This document shows, piece by piece, positions 23,096 to 31,856 of a DNA stretch of 64,000 nucleotides. The DNA comes from a virus. Lineage: Duplodnaviria > Caudoviricetes. A program made the translations under genes and the position numbers. The stretch lies in IMG/VR virus record IMGVR_UViG_3300028805_000037, positions 32,001 to 96,000 of that record; one strand, given 5' to 3'. Below the pieces are notes generated by a model that worked only from the letters and a program-made list of their open reading frames with translations, was not told the origin of the DNA and ran no database searches. The stretch's first letter is position 1. Each line of letters starts with the position of its first letter.

Positions 23096-23461
23096 ATGAA
23101 ATGGTTATATAGACTAGAAAGTATATCTCCTGATAGTGGTTTATGGTACAACTCTAATAATAAATACGTGTGGGGTTGTAAAAACTGTCCCGGTGATGCC
23201 AAAAATTTACCTATGGGTTATGATGAAAGATACCATATAGACGGTAAAAATTGGTTCTCTTCTTGTTCAAATAAAGAAGATTTATTGCACTGGTATAGTA
23301 AAGAAGATGCAATATTCCTAATAGAACATGGATTTGTATTTACAAGATACTTAGCAGTTGATTATCATGAGTTTAAAAAAGAAACGGTATTCTTAAAAGA
23401 AACCGCAGTCAAAAGAGAAGTTATAGATTTCATTAGTTTATTTGAAGGAGATCTAAAATGA
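23096..23461 (+). CDS. Hypothetical protein, possible ADP-ribosyltransferase-like fold
   Basis: GAGGAG SD; LYR...FSSCS...ETVF spacing. Confidence 0.6.
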   Translation: MKWLYRLESISPDSGLWYNSNNKYVWGCKNCPGDAKNLPMGYDERYHIDGKNWFSSCSNKEDLLHWYSKEDAIFLIEHGFVFTRYLAVDYHEFKKETVFLKETAVKREVIDFISLFEGDLK

Positions 23462-23832
23462 AGAAAATATTGATATTAATACTTTGTTTAATAATATTAC
23501 CTACTATTTGTTCTGCAGATTATACTGATATGTTTAAAAATTTTTTAGTAGTGCAATTTATAACAACTTTAACATCTGCAAGTACTGGACAGAAAGCATC
23601 AGATAAAGTTGATACAAAAAGACAATATGAGAAAAAGAAAAAAGAATTTCTAACAAAGAAATTTCCTGGACCAAAAGGAGAATTAAAACGCTGCTATATT
23701 GGTGATAGTTATCCTGAAGTATATGTGTTAACGGTAGAAAGTCATGATTATCTTATACTTAAAACTAATGTAGGCGTTAGTCTTGCACATTCAGAAAGTT
23801 GTCCTTGCAAACAAACGGAGGAAATAAAATGA
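23458..23832 (+). CDS. Secreted/membrane hypothetical protein
   Basis: Signal-peptide-like N-terminus. Confidence 0.7.
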   Translation: MKKILILILCLIILPTICSADYTDMFKNFLVVQFITTLTSASTGQKASDKVDTKRQYEKKKKEFLTKKFPGPKGELKRCYIGDSYPEVYVLTVESHDYLILKTNVGVSLAHSESCPCKQTEEIK

Positions 23833-24857
23833 AAAAACTAGATGCTATCGTTTATATAGGTAGGTTTCAGCCCTTCACTAATGCTCACTATAGGATAGTG
23901 AAACAGGCAATATCTAAAGCTAAAAAACTTATTATAGTTATTGGCTCAGCAAAACGCTCTAGATCGTTCAGAAATCCGTTTACAGCGGAAGAAAGGAAAG
24001 ATATGGTATCTTCTATTAAAGATTTAAAAAAGGCAAAAATAGAGTATATACTGCAGCCTAATAGCAATTATAACTTCAACTGGTGGGTTAAAGATGTACA
24101 GGAACAAGTAGGTAAGTTAACTAAACCTGGGGATAAAATAGGAATAATAGGACATAAAAAAGACGCTTCTTCTTATTATTTGAACTATTTTCCACAGTGG
24201 GAGTTTATCGAACTATCAGAATTAGAAGAAGGTCTATCTGCTACAAGTGTTAGAAACTTATATTTTATGGATGCTACAGCTGTAATACCAGAGTTAGGCG
24301 TACCAAAAGACGTTAAAGATTGGTTGAATAATTGGAAACGTACTAATCGAACTATATTTGAAACAATAAAAGATGAAAAGAAATTCATTGTAGAGTATAA
24401 AAAGAAATGGGAAAACGCTCCTTTTCAACCTATATTTGTAACTACGGATGCTATGGTTTTATGTAAAGGACATATACTTCTTATTCGTAGAAGGTTTAAT
24501 CCAGGTAAAGATTTATACGGTATGCCTGGAGGGTTTATAGATCCTACAGAATATCTTAAAGATTGTGCTGTAAGAGAACTAAAAGAAGAAACAAAAATAG
24601 ATGTAGACAAAGCTGTACTTAGAAATAGTATAGAATTGACCAAAGTATTTGATGACCCATATAGAGAAGCACGTGGACGAGGTATAACACATTGCTTTCT
24701 ATTTAATTTAAACTTAAAGGATTTACCAAAAGTTAAAGGCTCGGACGATGCTTATGGTGCTCAATGGATACCATTAGGAAGTTTAGACGAGATGCAAGAC
24801 CAATTCTTTGGTGACCATTATCAGATTATAAAGAATATGCTCGGACAAATAAACTAA
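23829..24857 (+). CDS. nadM: Bifunctional NMN/NaMN adenylyltransferase - Nudix (ADP-ribose) hydrolase
   Basis: IGRFQPFTNAH, NPFTAEER, SATSVR; Nudix box GGFIDPTEYLKDCAVRELKEET; FGDHYQII. Confidence 0.9.
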   Translation: MKKLDAIVYIGRFQPFTNAHYRIVKQAISKAKKLIIVIGSAKRSRSFRNPFTAEERKDMVSSIKDLKKAKIEYILQPNSNYNFNWWVKDVQEQVGKLTKPGDKIGIIGHKKDASSYYLNYFPQWEFIELSELEEGLSATSVRNLYFMDATAVIPELGVPKDVKDWLNNWKRTNRTIFETIKDEKKFIVEYKKKWENAPFQPIFVTTDAMVLCKGHILLIRRRFNPGKDLYGMPGGFIDPTEYLKDCAVRELKEETKIDVDKAVLRNSIELTKVFDDPYREARGRGITHCFLFNLNLKDLPKVKGSDDAYGAQWIPLGSLDEMQDQFFGDHYQIIKNMLGQIN

Positions 24858-24860
24858 CAC

Positions 24861-24889
24861 TTGACAAAACAGTAATAATGTAATATTAT
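24861..24889 (+). promoter_or_regulatory. Sigma70-type promoter
   Basis: TTGACA-N17-TATTAT. Confidence 0.65.
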
Positions 24890-24897
24890 AGTAGAGG

Positions 24898-24936
24898 ATC
24901 ACCCTATAAGGGTAACATATTATAGGGTGATTTTTT
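24898..24936 (+). terminator. Intrinsic terminator-like hairpin
   Basis: ATCACCCTATAA / TTATAGGGTGAT 12-bp stem followed by a T run. Confidence 0.7.
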
Positions 24937-24965
24937 ATCGAAGAAAAAAGGAAATTAATTGAAAA

Positions 24966-25463
24966 ATGAATATAAATTTACAAACAACATGGCTTGATTA
25001 CCCAGACAATGAAAGTTTAGCAGTTATATTTTATACATACGGATGTATACATAAATGTAAAAATTGTCATAATTTAGACCTACAAACTCCAGTAACATCC
25101 TATCCGAGCAGTATAATTGATGAAATCTTCACGTATTGTAAGCGAAATAATACAAATAAACTTGTATTATCAGGAGGTGATTGTCTGCTTAAAGAAGTAA
25201 ATTTAAACTTAACAAATACCATTATAGATAAGTATAGTAAAGAATTAAATATCTGTATCTATACAGGATATGATATTGATTATGTAAAAACCAATGTTCA
25301 TAAAGGATTTAAATTTGTTAAGTGTGGTAAGTATGATGAAACTAAGAAAATTGAACCTAACAAAACTGACACTTATTTTCAATTAGCATCCACAAATCAA
25401 TGTTTATATGACAGTAGTTACCAATTATTAAGTAATAATGGTAAATATTATTTTAACAAATAG
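24966..25463 (+). CDS. nrdG: Anaerobic RNR activase (radical SAM)
   Basis: GCIHKCKNCHN, LSGGD, IYTGY, ASTNQ. Confidence 0.9.
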   Translation: MNINLQTTWLDYPDNESLAVIFYTYGCIHKCKNCHNLDLQTPVTSYPSSIIDEIFTYCKRNNTNKLVLSGGDCLLKEVNLNLTNTIIDKYSKELNICIYTGYDIDYVKTNVHKGFKFVKCGKYDETKKIEPNKTDTYFQLASTNQCLYDSSYQLLSNNGKYYFNK

Positions 25464-25472
25464 GAGAAAGAA

Positions 25473-27653
25473 ATGAGTAAAGAACAACAAGAAGAATTTA
25501 AAAAACCTATTAAGGTCGATTATCCAGAGTTTAATATTGAAGATCCAGTGGAATATCAGAAAGAACTAGATAAAATAACAGACCAATATTTCATCAACGC
25601 GTCTACAACAAGAACTCTTAAAAATATAAGAGAAGTATTAGTTAATAAATTAAGAAAAAAATATCATTTAACTAATGGTCAACTTAAAGCAGCAGCTGAT
25701 TCTATACTTAAAATTCATGGATTACATGAAGATAACTTTGATGAAACATTACAATTCTCAAAGTTTATAAGTGCAAAGAATAATAATGAATTAAGTATTG
25801 ATGGTAATGCAAATAAAACTGAAACAGGTATTAAAGCATTAATGGTAGAGTCAACACTTGCTTCAAGAAAGCTAATCGGTTTTGATCAACTTTACAGAGT
25901 TATGGTTGATTTATACGGCAGAGAAAAAGCAAAAGAATTATCTGGAAGTATGTATGACTTATCTTTAGCTATTGCAGACTCCACTAATTTACTAATTCCA
26001 TATTGCTATGCTGCAGACTTCTCAAAACTTGTTACATTAGGAAGAGAATTTGGAAAAGAACCTTCAGCTCCAGCAAAAAGATTAAGCACATACTGTAATA
26101 TTGTTTGTGATACTGTAAGAGAATTAAGCTGTCATTTAGCAGGAGCAGTAGCAATTTCTACATTCTTTTTAGACTCTGCTCACTTATTAATATATAAAGA
26201 AAGAATTCCTTTAGAAAAAATTAAAACAAATAAAAGAGTTAGATATTATATAAACAATTGTTACCAACAAGTTATCTATTCATTAAACCATGCTTCAAGA
26301 GATGCAGTTGAATCTCCGTTTACAAATGTATCTTGCTTTGATGAATATAAACTTAGAACACTTGTTAGTGATATGGCTTGGTATTTTCCAATGAAAATAA
26401 AAGCTCTTATAGATAATAATATGGATGATGAAGTACTTGGTCATAAAATGACTGAAGATGAATGGAAAGATTTTGTTATAGACTATATAATGACATTACA
26501 AGAAATTTATATAGATATATTCAATGAAGGTAATCCTTTAAAAGGTGGATTACAGTTTGCTTTTCCAGTTACAACTATAAACTTTTCTGTTAAATATAAC
26601 GACAAAGGTGAAAGAGAAATCCAAGAACCAAACAGATTATTAAATTATGCAACAAAAAAAGACATTAAAAGATATAATGTTTATGTTAGTGAAGGGACTA
26701 AAGTAGCGTCCTGTTGCAGATTGATAAATGATACTGAAATGTCAGAACTTGCTTCGTCTGTTAATTCATTTGGAGGTTCTTCTATATCATTAGGTTCAGA
26801 TAGAGTTGTTACTATTGACCTCTTAAGAATTGCTTTCGAATGTAAAGACTATGAAGATTATAAAAGAATATTGAAGTTAAGAATAGACCATTGTGCAAAG
26901 ATATTAAAAGCACATAGAGTACTTATAATGAAATTAAAATCATTAGGTACACAACCTTTTATATCAAACGGTTGGATTAACTTTGGTAGAATGTTCGGTA
27001 CATATGGTTGTATCGGATACTTTGAAGCTGATAAAATATTAAAGAAAAGATTTGATAAAGACTTTGATTATATGAAAGACTTTATGATTTATCTTAATCA
27101 AGAAGTCGATAATAAAAAGAAAGAAGTAGATGAAAACGGAAATAAATTATACAATTTCCCAATGAACATTGAGCAGATTCCAGGTGAATCGATGGCTATT
27201 AAGATAGCTAAAGTGGATAAAATTCTTTATCCAAATGAAGAAATACCTACAGTTTTAGCTAACCAGTTTGTTTCATTATGGGAAGATAAAACAATCTATG
27301 AAAAAATGGATAGAGATGGGGAACTTAATAGACTATTAACTGGTGGTGGAATTTGTCATATACAATGCTCTGAAAAACTATCATCACATCAAGCAAAGAA
27401 ACTTATTAAGTATGCCGCCAAGAGTGGTTGTGATCACTTTGCTATTAATGGTGTATATATGAAATGTAACGATTGTAATACTGTTGTAGAAAGTAGTGGT
27501 GATACATGTCCTAAATGTGGTGGTAAACATGTAGAACATTATACAAGAGTAATTGGTTTCTTTAGTAAAGTAGAAAATTGGATACCAGAAAGACAAACAG
27601 CAGATTTTCCTAATAGAAAATTTGTTGACGTAAAAACAATTGACTCTAAATAA
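25473..27653 (+). CDS. nrdD: Class III anaerobic ribonucleoside-triphosphate reductase
   Basis: ESPFTN, FPVTT, SCCRL, Zn site CNDC..CPKC, glycyl radical motif TRVIGF. Confidence 0.92.
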   Translation: MSKEQQEEFKKPIKVDYPEFNIEDPVEYQKELDKITDQYFINASTTRTLKNIREVLVNKLRKKYHLTNGQLKAAADSILKIHGLHEDNFDETLQFSKFISAKNNNELSIDGNANKTETGIKALMVESTLASRKLIGFDQLYRVMVDLYGREKAKELSGSMYDLSLAIADSTNLLIPYCYAADFSKLVTLGREFGKEPSAPAKRLSTYCNIVCDTVRELSCHLAGAVAISTFFLDSAHLLIYKERIPLEKIKTNKRVRYYINNCYQQVIYSLNHASRDAVESPFTNVSCFDEYKLRTLVSDMAWYFPMKIKALIDNNMDDEVLGHKMTEDEWKDFVIDYIMTLQEIYIDIFNEGNPLKGGLQFAFPVTTINFSVKYNDKGEREIQEPNRLLNYATKKDIKRYNVYVSEGTKVASCCRLINDTEMSELASSVNSFGGSSISLGSDRVVTIDLLRIAFECKDYEDYKRILKLRIDHCAKILKAHRVLIMKLKSLGTQPFISNGWINFGRMFGTYGCIGYFEADKILKKRFDKDFDYMKDFMIYLNQEVDNKKKEVDENGNKLYNFPMNIEQIPGESMAIKIAKVDKILYPNEEIPTVLANQFVSLWEDKTIYEKMDRDGELNRLLTGGGICHIQCSEKLSSHQAKKLIKYAAKSGCDHFAINGVYMKCNDCNTVVESSGDTCPKCGGKHVEHYTRVIGFFSKVENWIPERQTADFPNRKFVDVKTIDSK

Positions 27654-27668
27654 AAAATTTAGTATAAT
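27640..27668 (+). promoter_or_regulatory. Sigma70-type promoter for the tRNA-like gene
   Basis: TTGACT-N17-TATAAT. Confidence 0.75.
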
Positions 27669-27678
27669 ATAAAAAGAT

Positions 27679-27813
27679 CTTTGTATAGCTCAACGGGAGA
27701 GCGGCTTGCTTTGCAAGCGACTGTTACAGATTTATGAACTTATCACTCATAAATTGATGGTAACATAGACTTGATATGTCGAGGTGGTGGTTCAAATCCA
27801 CTTACAAAGGTCA
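27679..27813 (+). ncRNA. tRNA-like RNA with ~60 extra nt (multiple central arms)
   Basis: Acceptor CTTTGTA/TACAAAG; TA-GCTC..GAGC D arm; GGTGG-TTCAAAT-CCACT T arm; three hairpins between D and T arms. Confidence 0.75.
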
Positions 27814-27832
27814 CATTTTTTAGGGGAAAAAG

Positions 27833-28021
27833 ATGAGTAAAAAAATGAAATCCTATTGGTTTTTATATGAAGAAATAAAAAAATGCACGGATTGTCCTTG
27901 TAATTTTTTAGATGGGCATCAAAGTTACTGTAGGCTTTTAAAAAAATTTAATGTAAACAAAAAGAAAGATTGCCCTTTAGAAATCGTAGAAGAATGTAAA
28001 TTTGTAGGAGGTACTGACTAA
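27833..28021 (+). CDS. Small Cys-rich protein
   Basis: CTDCPC..YC..CPL. Confidence 0.65.
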   Translation: MSKKMKSYWFLYEEIKKCTDCPCNFLDGHQSYCRLLKKFNVNKKKDCPLEIVEECKFVGGTD

Positions 28022-28296
28022 TGCTAAATATTATCAAAATTTATACATCTTTTTGTGTACCATGTAAAATGTTAATCCCTGTATTAGAAAAATTACAGGC
28101 AGAATTTACAGGCAAAATTTCAATTCAAGATGTTAATGTAGATGAAGGTATACCGGAATTATATGCAGATATGAATATAATGAGCACACCTACATTACTA
28201 TTTATAAAAGATGGAGTGCTATTAAAAAAGATTGTAGGTCTTAGATCTTATGAGTCTTTAAAAGAATTAATAACTAAATTACTTGAGGAAAAATAA
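28021..28296 (+). CDS. Thioredoxin
   Basis: CVPC active site, VNVDE, STPTLLF.KDG. Confidence 0.85.
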   Translation: MLNIIKIYTSFCVPCKMLIPVLEKLQAEFTGKISIQDVNVDEGIPELYADMNIMSTPTLLFIKDGVLLKKIVGLRSYESLKELITKLLEEK

Positions 28297-28297
28297 T

Positions 28298-28444
28298 ATG
28301 GTTGAATGTCCTGTGTGTGGAAGTTTAAAAGTTAAAGTAACTGGACAGTTTTATAAATGTACAAATTGTAATTACACTTGGAAGAAAGGTTGCCCAACTT
28401 GTGGGAGGAATTTAAATGATAATACAATTAAAAGATGTAGATGA
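28298..28444 (+). CDS. Small Zn-ribbon protein (48 aa)
   Basis: Read by eye: CPVCG..CTNC..CPTCG. Confidence 0.6.
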   Translation: MVECPVCGSLKVKVTGQFYKCTNCNYTWKKGCPTCGRNLNDNTIKRCR

Positions 28445-28987
28445 TTGGTCTGTTCAAGACTTTATAAGATATATAAAATCAAAATGTAGTTTAAAAGGTA
28501 TAGATTATACAGCAAAAACAAAACAATCTTTTATGATATTAGGTAGAACTTTTAAACTTTTAAAGTTAAATAATAAAAGTAAAAGTTGGTTAAAAAATAA
28601 AATTGATATATTTTTAAATAGTGAAACAACGGAAAGTGTTACAAACCTTTTATTTATAAATTACTTAACAAGAACATTTCCTAGACAATTACAGGATAAT
28701 ACTATAAAAAACTTACCTAAAGTAAATAAAATATCTGAAGATGTAAAACGAAAATTAGTTATGCTACGGAGTTGTTTATGAAATATAAATTACCAAAATA
28801 TAAATTTATAATCCCTTGTGAGATATATGACGGTCATAATTTTCATCCTGGTGATGTAGTTAAAGTAATATATGTAAATGTAAGTGCAGATAATTGTAGA
28901 GATGTATTTGTAATGTTTAAAGATAAGGAATATCATATTCCAGTTGACGCATTTTTATTATGTACTAAAAAGATAAAAGTTATTTAA
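28416..28987 (+). CDS. Two hypothetical proteins (28416-28781, ~28778-28987)
   Basis: ORF track with SD sites. Confidence 0.65.
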
Positions 28988-28990
28988 GAA

Positions 28991-29030
28991 TAAAAAAAAC
29001 CATCTTCCTAATATTAGGAAGATGGTTTAA
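28991..29030. terminator. Terminator at the convergence of the two arms
   Basis: Perfect palindrome AAACCATCTTCCTAAT/ATTAGGAAGATGGTTT with an A8 run on the left (U tract for the - strand). Confidence 0.85.
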
Positions 29031-29037
29031 TTAATTA

Positions 29038-29391
29038 TTACTTTTCAGTATTATCAATATCATCAACAGCTTTTTTAGCATCATCAATAGCTTTTTTAGC
29101 ATCCCATTTAGCATCGTCTACAGATTTTCTTACATCCCAATAAAGTTTAAATGCTTCTTCTTCGGAAAGATTAAACTCATTAATAAGTTTTGGAACAATT
29201 GTTCTTTCATTTTCTCCAGCTTTTAATCCTTCTTTTATAGTATCAAACTCTTTTTCATAATTTTTAAACTCATCTTTTGAAATATCAAGAGCTTTCAATA
29301 CTATACAAGCTTCTCTTATAGCCTTTGAATCATTTCTGTCTAATGCGTCATTTAATTGTGCTTCTACAATTTTTTGTGCTTCTCTTTTCAT
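29038..29391 (-). CDS. Hypothetical protein
   Basis: ORF coupled to the upstream holin-like gene. Confidence 0.7.
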   Translation of the reverse strand: MKREAQKIVEAQLNDALDRNDSKAIREACIVLKALDISKDEFKNYEKEFDTIKEGLKAGENERTIVPKLINEFNLSEEEAFKLYWDVRKSVDDAKWDAKKAIDDAKKAVDDIDNTEK

Positions 29392-29720
29392 TTCTTTTTA
29401 CCTCTCCTATTTGTAATTTTATTTACTGCATTATTAATTACTTCTGTAGCATCTACTTTTATATCTGTATCTTTAGTTATTGTTTCTGTTTTAGTATCTG
29501 TACTCTTAAATTGGAAAGCAGATTTATTATCAAAACAACTAAAGCCAAAACATCCACTGCTAAATGTTAAAAACATTATAGGGTATTCCATTGGATATTT
29601 TAATGTAGCTAAAACAACTGCTACTATAAAAGATAAAATACCCATTACAATCTTGGAATTTACATTTCCACTTGCGTCACAAATCATACTTAAAAAATAA
29701 TTTTTAATTGACTTAAACAT
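29388..29720 (-). CDS. Putative holin
   Basis: Two TM segments, basic C-terminus, next to spanin-like genes. Confidence 0.5.
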   Translation of the reverse strand: MFKSIKNYFLSMICDASGNVNSKIVMGILSFIVAVVLATLKYPMEYPIMFLTFSSGCFGFSCFDNKSAFQFKSTDTKTETITKDTDIKVDATEVINNAVNKITNRRGKKK

Positions 29721-29729
29721 ATACTCTCC

Positions 29730-30125
29730 TTACTTAGCTACAAATACCCCTAATATAACGCCAACTGCAAATGCAATTCCAATTGTATATTTATAAATTG
29801 ATTCTTTGTCTTTTGACCTGTTCAATAATTGCTGATAATTCTCGTTCTGCTTCTCCATTAGCTGAAACTTTTCCAAGTAATTCTTCTCTAATGTTTGCGA
29901 CTCTTTCATTTGCTTCTCTAACTCGTTCTTCTGATTGTCTAATTCGTTCTTTTGTTTCTCTAATAAGATCATCATATCTTCGTTGTTGAGCCTCAATTTG
30001 TCTATTTGCTTCGTTAAGTTGTTCAGCTGCTCGCTTGTTATGTAAAAAGTATCCTGCGAAAAAGCAACCTGTACACACAAGCAAAAACAAAATAATAAAA
30101 CCAACAATTCCTTTATATACGTCAT
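29730..30125 (-). CDS. Signal peptide + coiled coil + C-terminal TM protein (spanin-like)
   Basis: Hydrophobic N- and C-termini with a heptad-rich middle; shares its SD with the overlapping ORF. Confidence 0.55.
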   Translation of the reverse strand: MTYIKELLVLLFCFCLCVQVAFSQDTFYITSEQLNNLTKQIDKLRLNNEDMMILLEKQKNELDNQKNELEKQMKESQTLEKNYLEKFQLMEKQNENYQQLLNRSKDKESIYKYTIGIAFAVGVILGVFVAK

Positions 30126-30129
30126 TCAT
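29791..30129 (-). CDS. Putative inner-membrane spanin (Rz-like)
   Basis: N-terminal TM then a long coiled coil; AAGGAG SD. Confidence 0.6.
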   Translation of the reverse strand: MNDVYKGIVGFIILFLLVCTGCFFAGYFLHNKRAAEQLNEANRQIEAQQRRYDDLIRETKERIRQSEERVREANERVANIREELLGKVSANGEAERELSAIIEQVKRQRINL

Positions 30130-30138
30130 GTTTTCTCC

Positions 30139-31838
30139 TTATAATTTAATAACAGCTGAGTACTCTCCGGCTTCAATCGTACCACTTGATTTTATATAAA
30201 TATTTAATGCATATGTAGTATCACCTTCTGACTCATATGCAACTAATTCAGAAGCTGGAAGTACAGTACTTCCAGATGAATTACGCACTTGCATAACCAT
30301 AGTTGAGTCTGTTATAATAATATTATTAGTTTCATCATTACTTACAACCCATGTACATACACTAGCATTATCTGGAACCATTGTCGGGCAGTCATCAATA
30401 AATATTTTTGGCATAGTATCTGCTACAGATTTATCTTCAAAAAAATCTGGTAAAACAACAAAGTTACCAGGCAACTTTAATGAGGTGTAGGTATCAACAC
30501 CTATATTTTTTATTAATAATTGTGTAGTTGTATTACTTGGAATAATAGACGCCATAATTAAATCCTCCACCAATTATATCCGTTACTGGTTAAACCTACT
30601 ACTAATGTAACGGGGTTTGTTAAATCTAAATCTAATTTACTATAAGTTTTATTATCTGACTCTACTATAGAAGTACCACCATCTATTAAGTTAGTTGATG
30701 TATTATCGTTTACTAACGATGTAATTGAAACTGTTGTATTTTCAGAAGCTGCTGTTGCTCTAAAAGTATATTTATAAGCAGTTGTATTAATACTTGCTTC
30801 GGGAAGTCTAATAGTAACTTCAGAATTATCGGGTGCAGTTGAAGCATCAATAAGAATAATGTCATAAGCTTGTGCTACAATATTACTTTCAGATAAATCT
30901 AATATTGGTGATAATATAGATACAGATGTACCACTCGCAGATATAGTCTGTATAGAGTTAAAACCTGCATTATTTACATTTGCACCAATATCTGCAGCAG
31001 ATAAACCATGAGGGTTCGTTGCACTAGGAATCCCTGTTCCTAAAGCATTTATATGTGTTTCTAAATTTATATATTCTCCTGAACTTGTTGGATAATTAAT
31101 TATACCAGTTGTAGCATAATAAGGCGATCCAACAACACTACCATTTAAATAACCTAATTGCATTGTTTCATTCGAAGCTATAGGATCTATACTTGTATCT
31201 GTAGCATCCACTTGACCTATTAATAACCAGCTATCATCATACTCTACATTAGTTGTTACTTTAATAACATAACCGTCTATAAAATTTGTTTCATAACTTT
31301 TACCTGAAACTATTTGTGACGAACTTGCTGTTTGATTTACAATTTCTTGATATTTAATATAAACATAATTTATTAGTCCTGACTCAATTGGAATATTATA
31401 ATTTCCAGAATTTCTAGCATAACCTTCAACACCATTATTTCCAAATCCAGTTAATGTAGGATCGTCTGTACGTTGTGGGTTCCAAGTAGTTTCATTTAAA
31501 TCAAAGTAAATATTTGCATTTAACTGTGTACTTGTTGGGTTTACACTTTCAACAACATATGATTGATTTTCTGTAATCTTAATTGTATTACCGTCTTTAT
31601 CTACAGCTATACCACCAAATGCAGCATCAGTTTGGTTATATTCTATATAACCTACATTAATATGTGTTGAGTCAACAACTTCAATTAAAAAGTTTTTAGA
31701 AATTGAATCAGGTAATTTTAAAACTCCAGGAATATATAATAATTTATTTATATCGCTCCCGTCTTTTTTAATTTGATTACCTAAATTTTGCAACTGATTA
31801 ATGTTTATTTTACCGCCACTTTTAAAATAAGTTGACAT
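30139..31838 (-). CDS. Two putative tail/baseplate-associated proteins (30558-31838, 30139-30573)
   Basis: Beta-rich S/T/N composition; position after baseplate genes. Confidence 0.55.
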
Positions 31839-31856
31839 TTTTCCGCTCCTTTATTC

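Noticed and set aside
24898-24936. NrdR box upstream of nrdG
   Set aside because: Poor match to the consensus; better explained as a hairpin
27679-27813. tmRNA or tRNA-Sec
   Set aside because: Has a true D stem, is too short for tmRNA with no tag ORF, and has no UCA anticodon or Sec-type stems
29061-29102. 21-nt tandem repeat
   Set aside because: Simple coding duplication (DAKKA(I/V)D)
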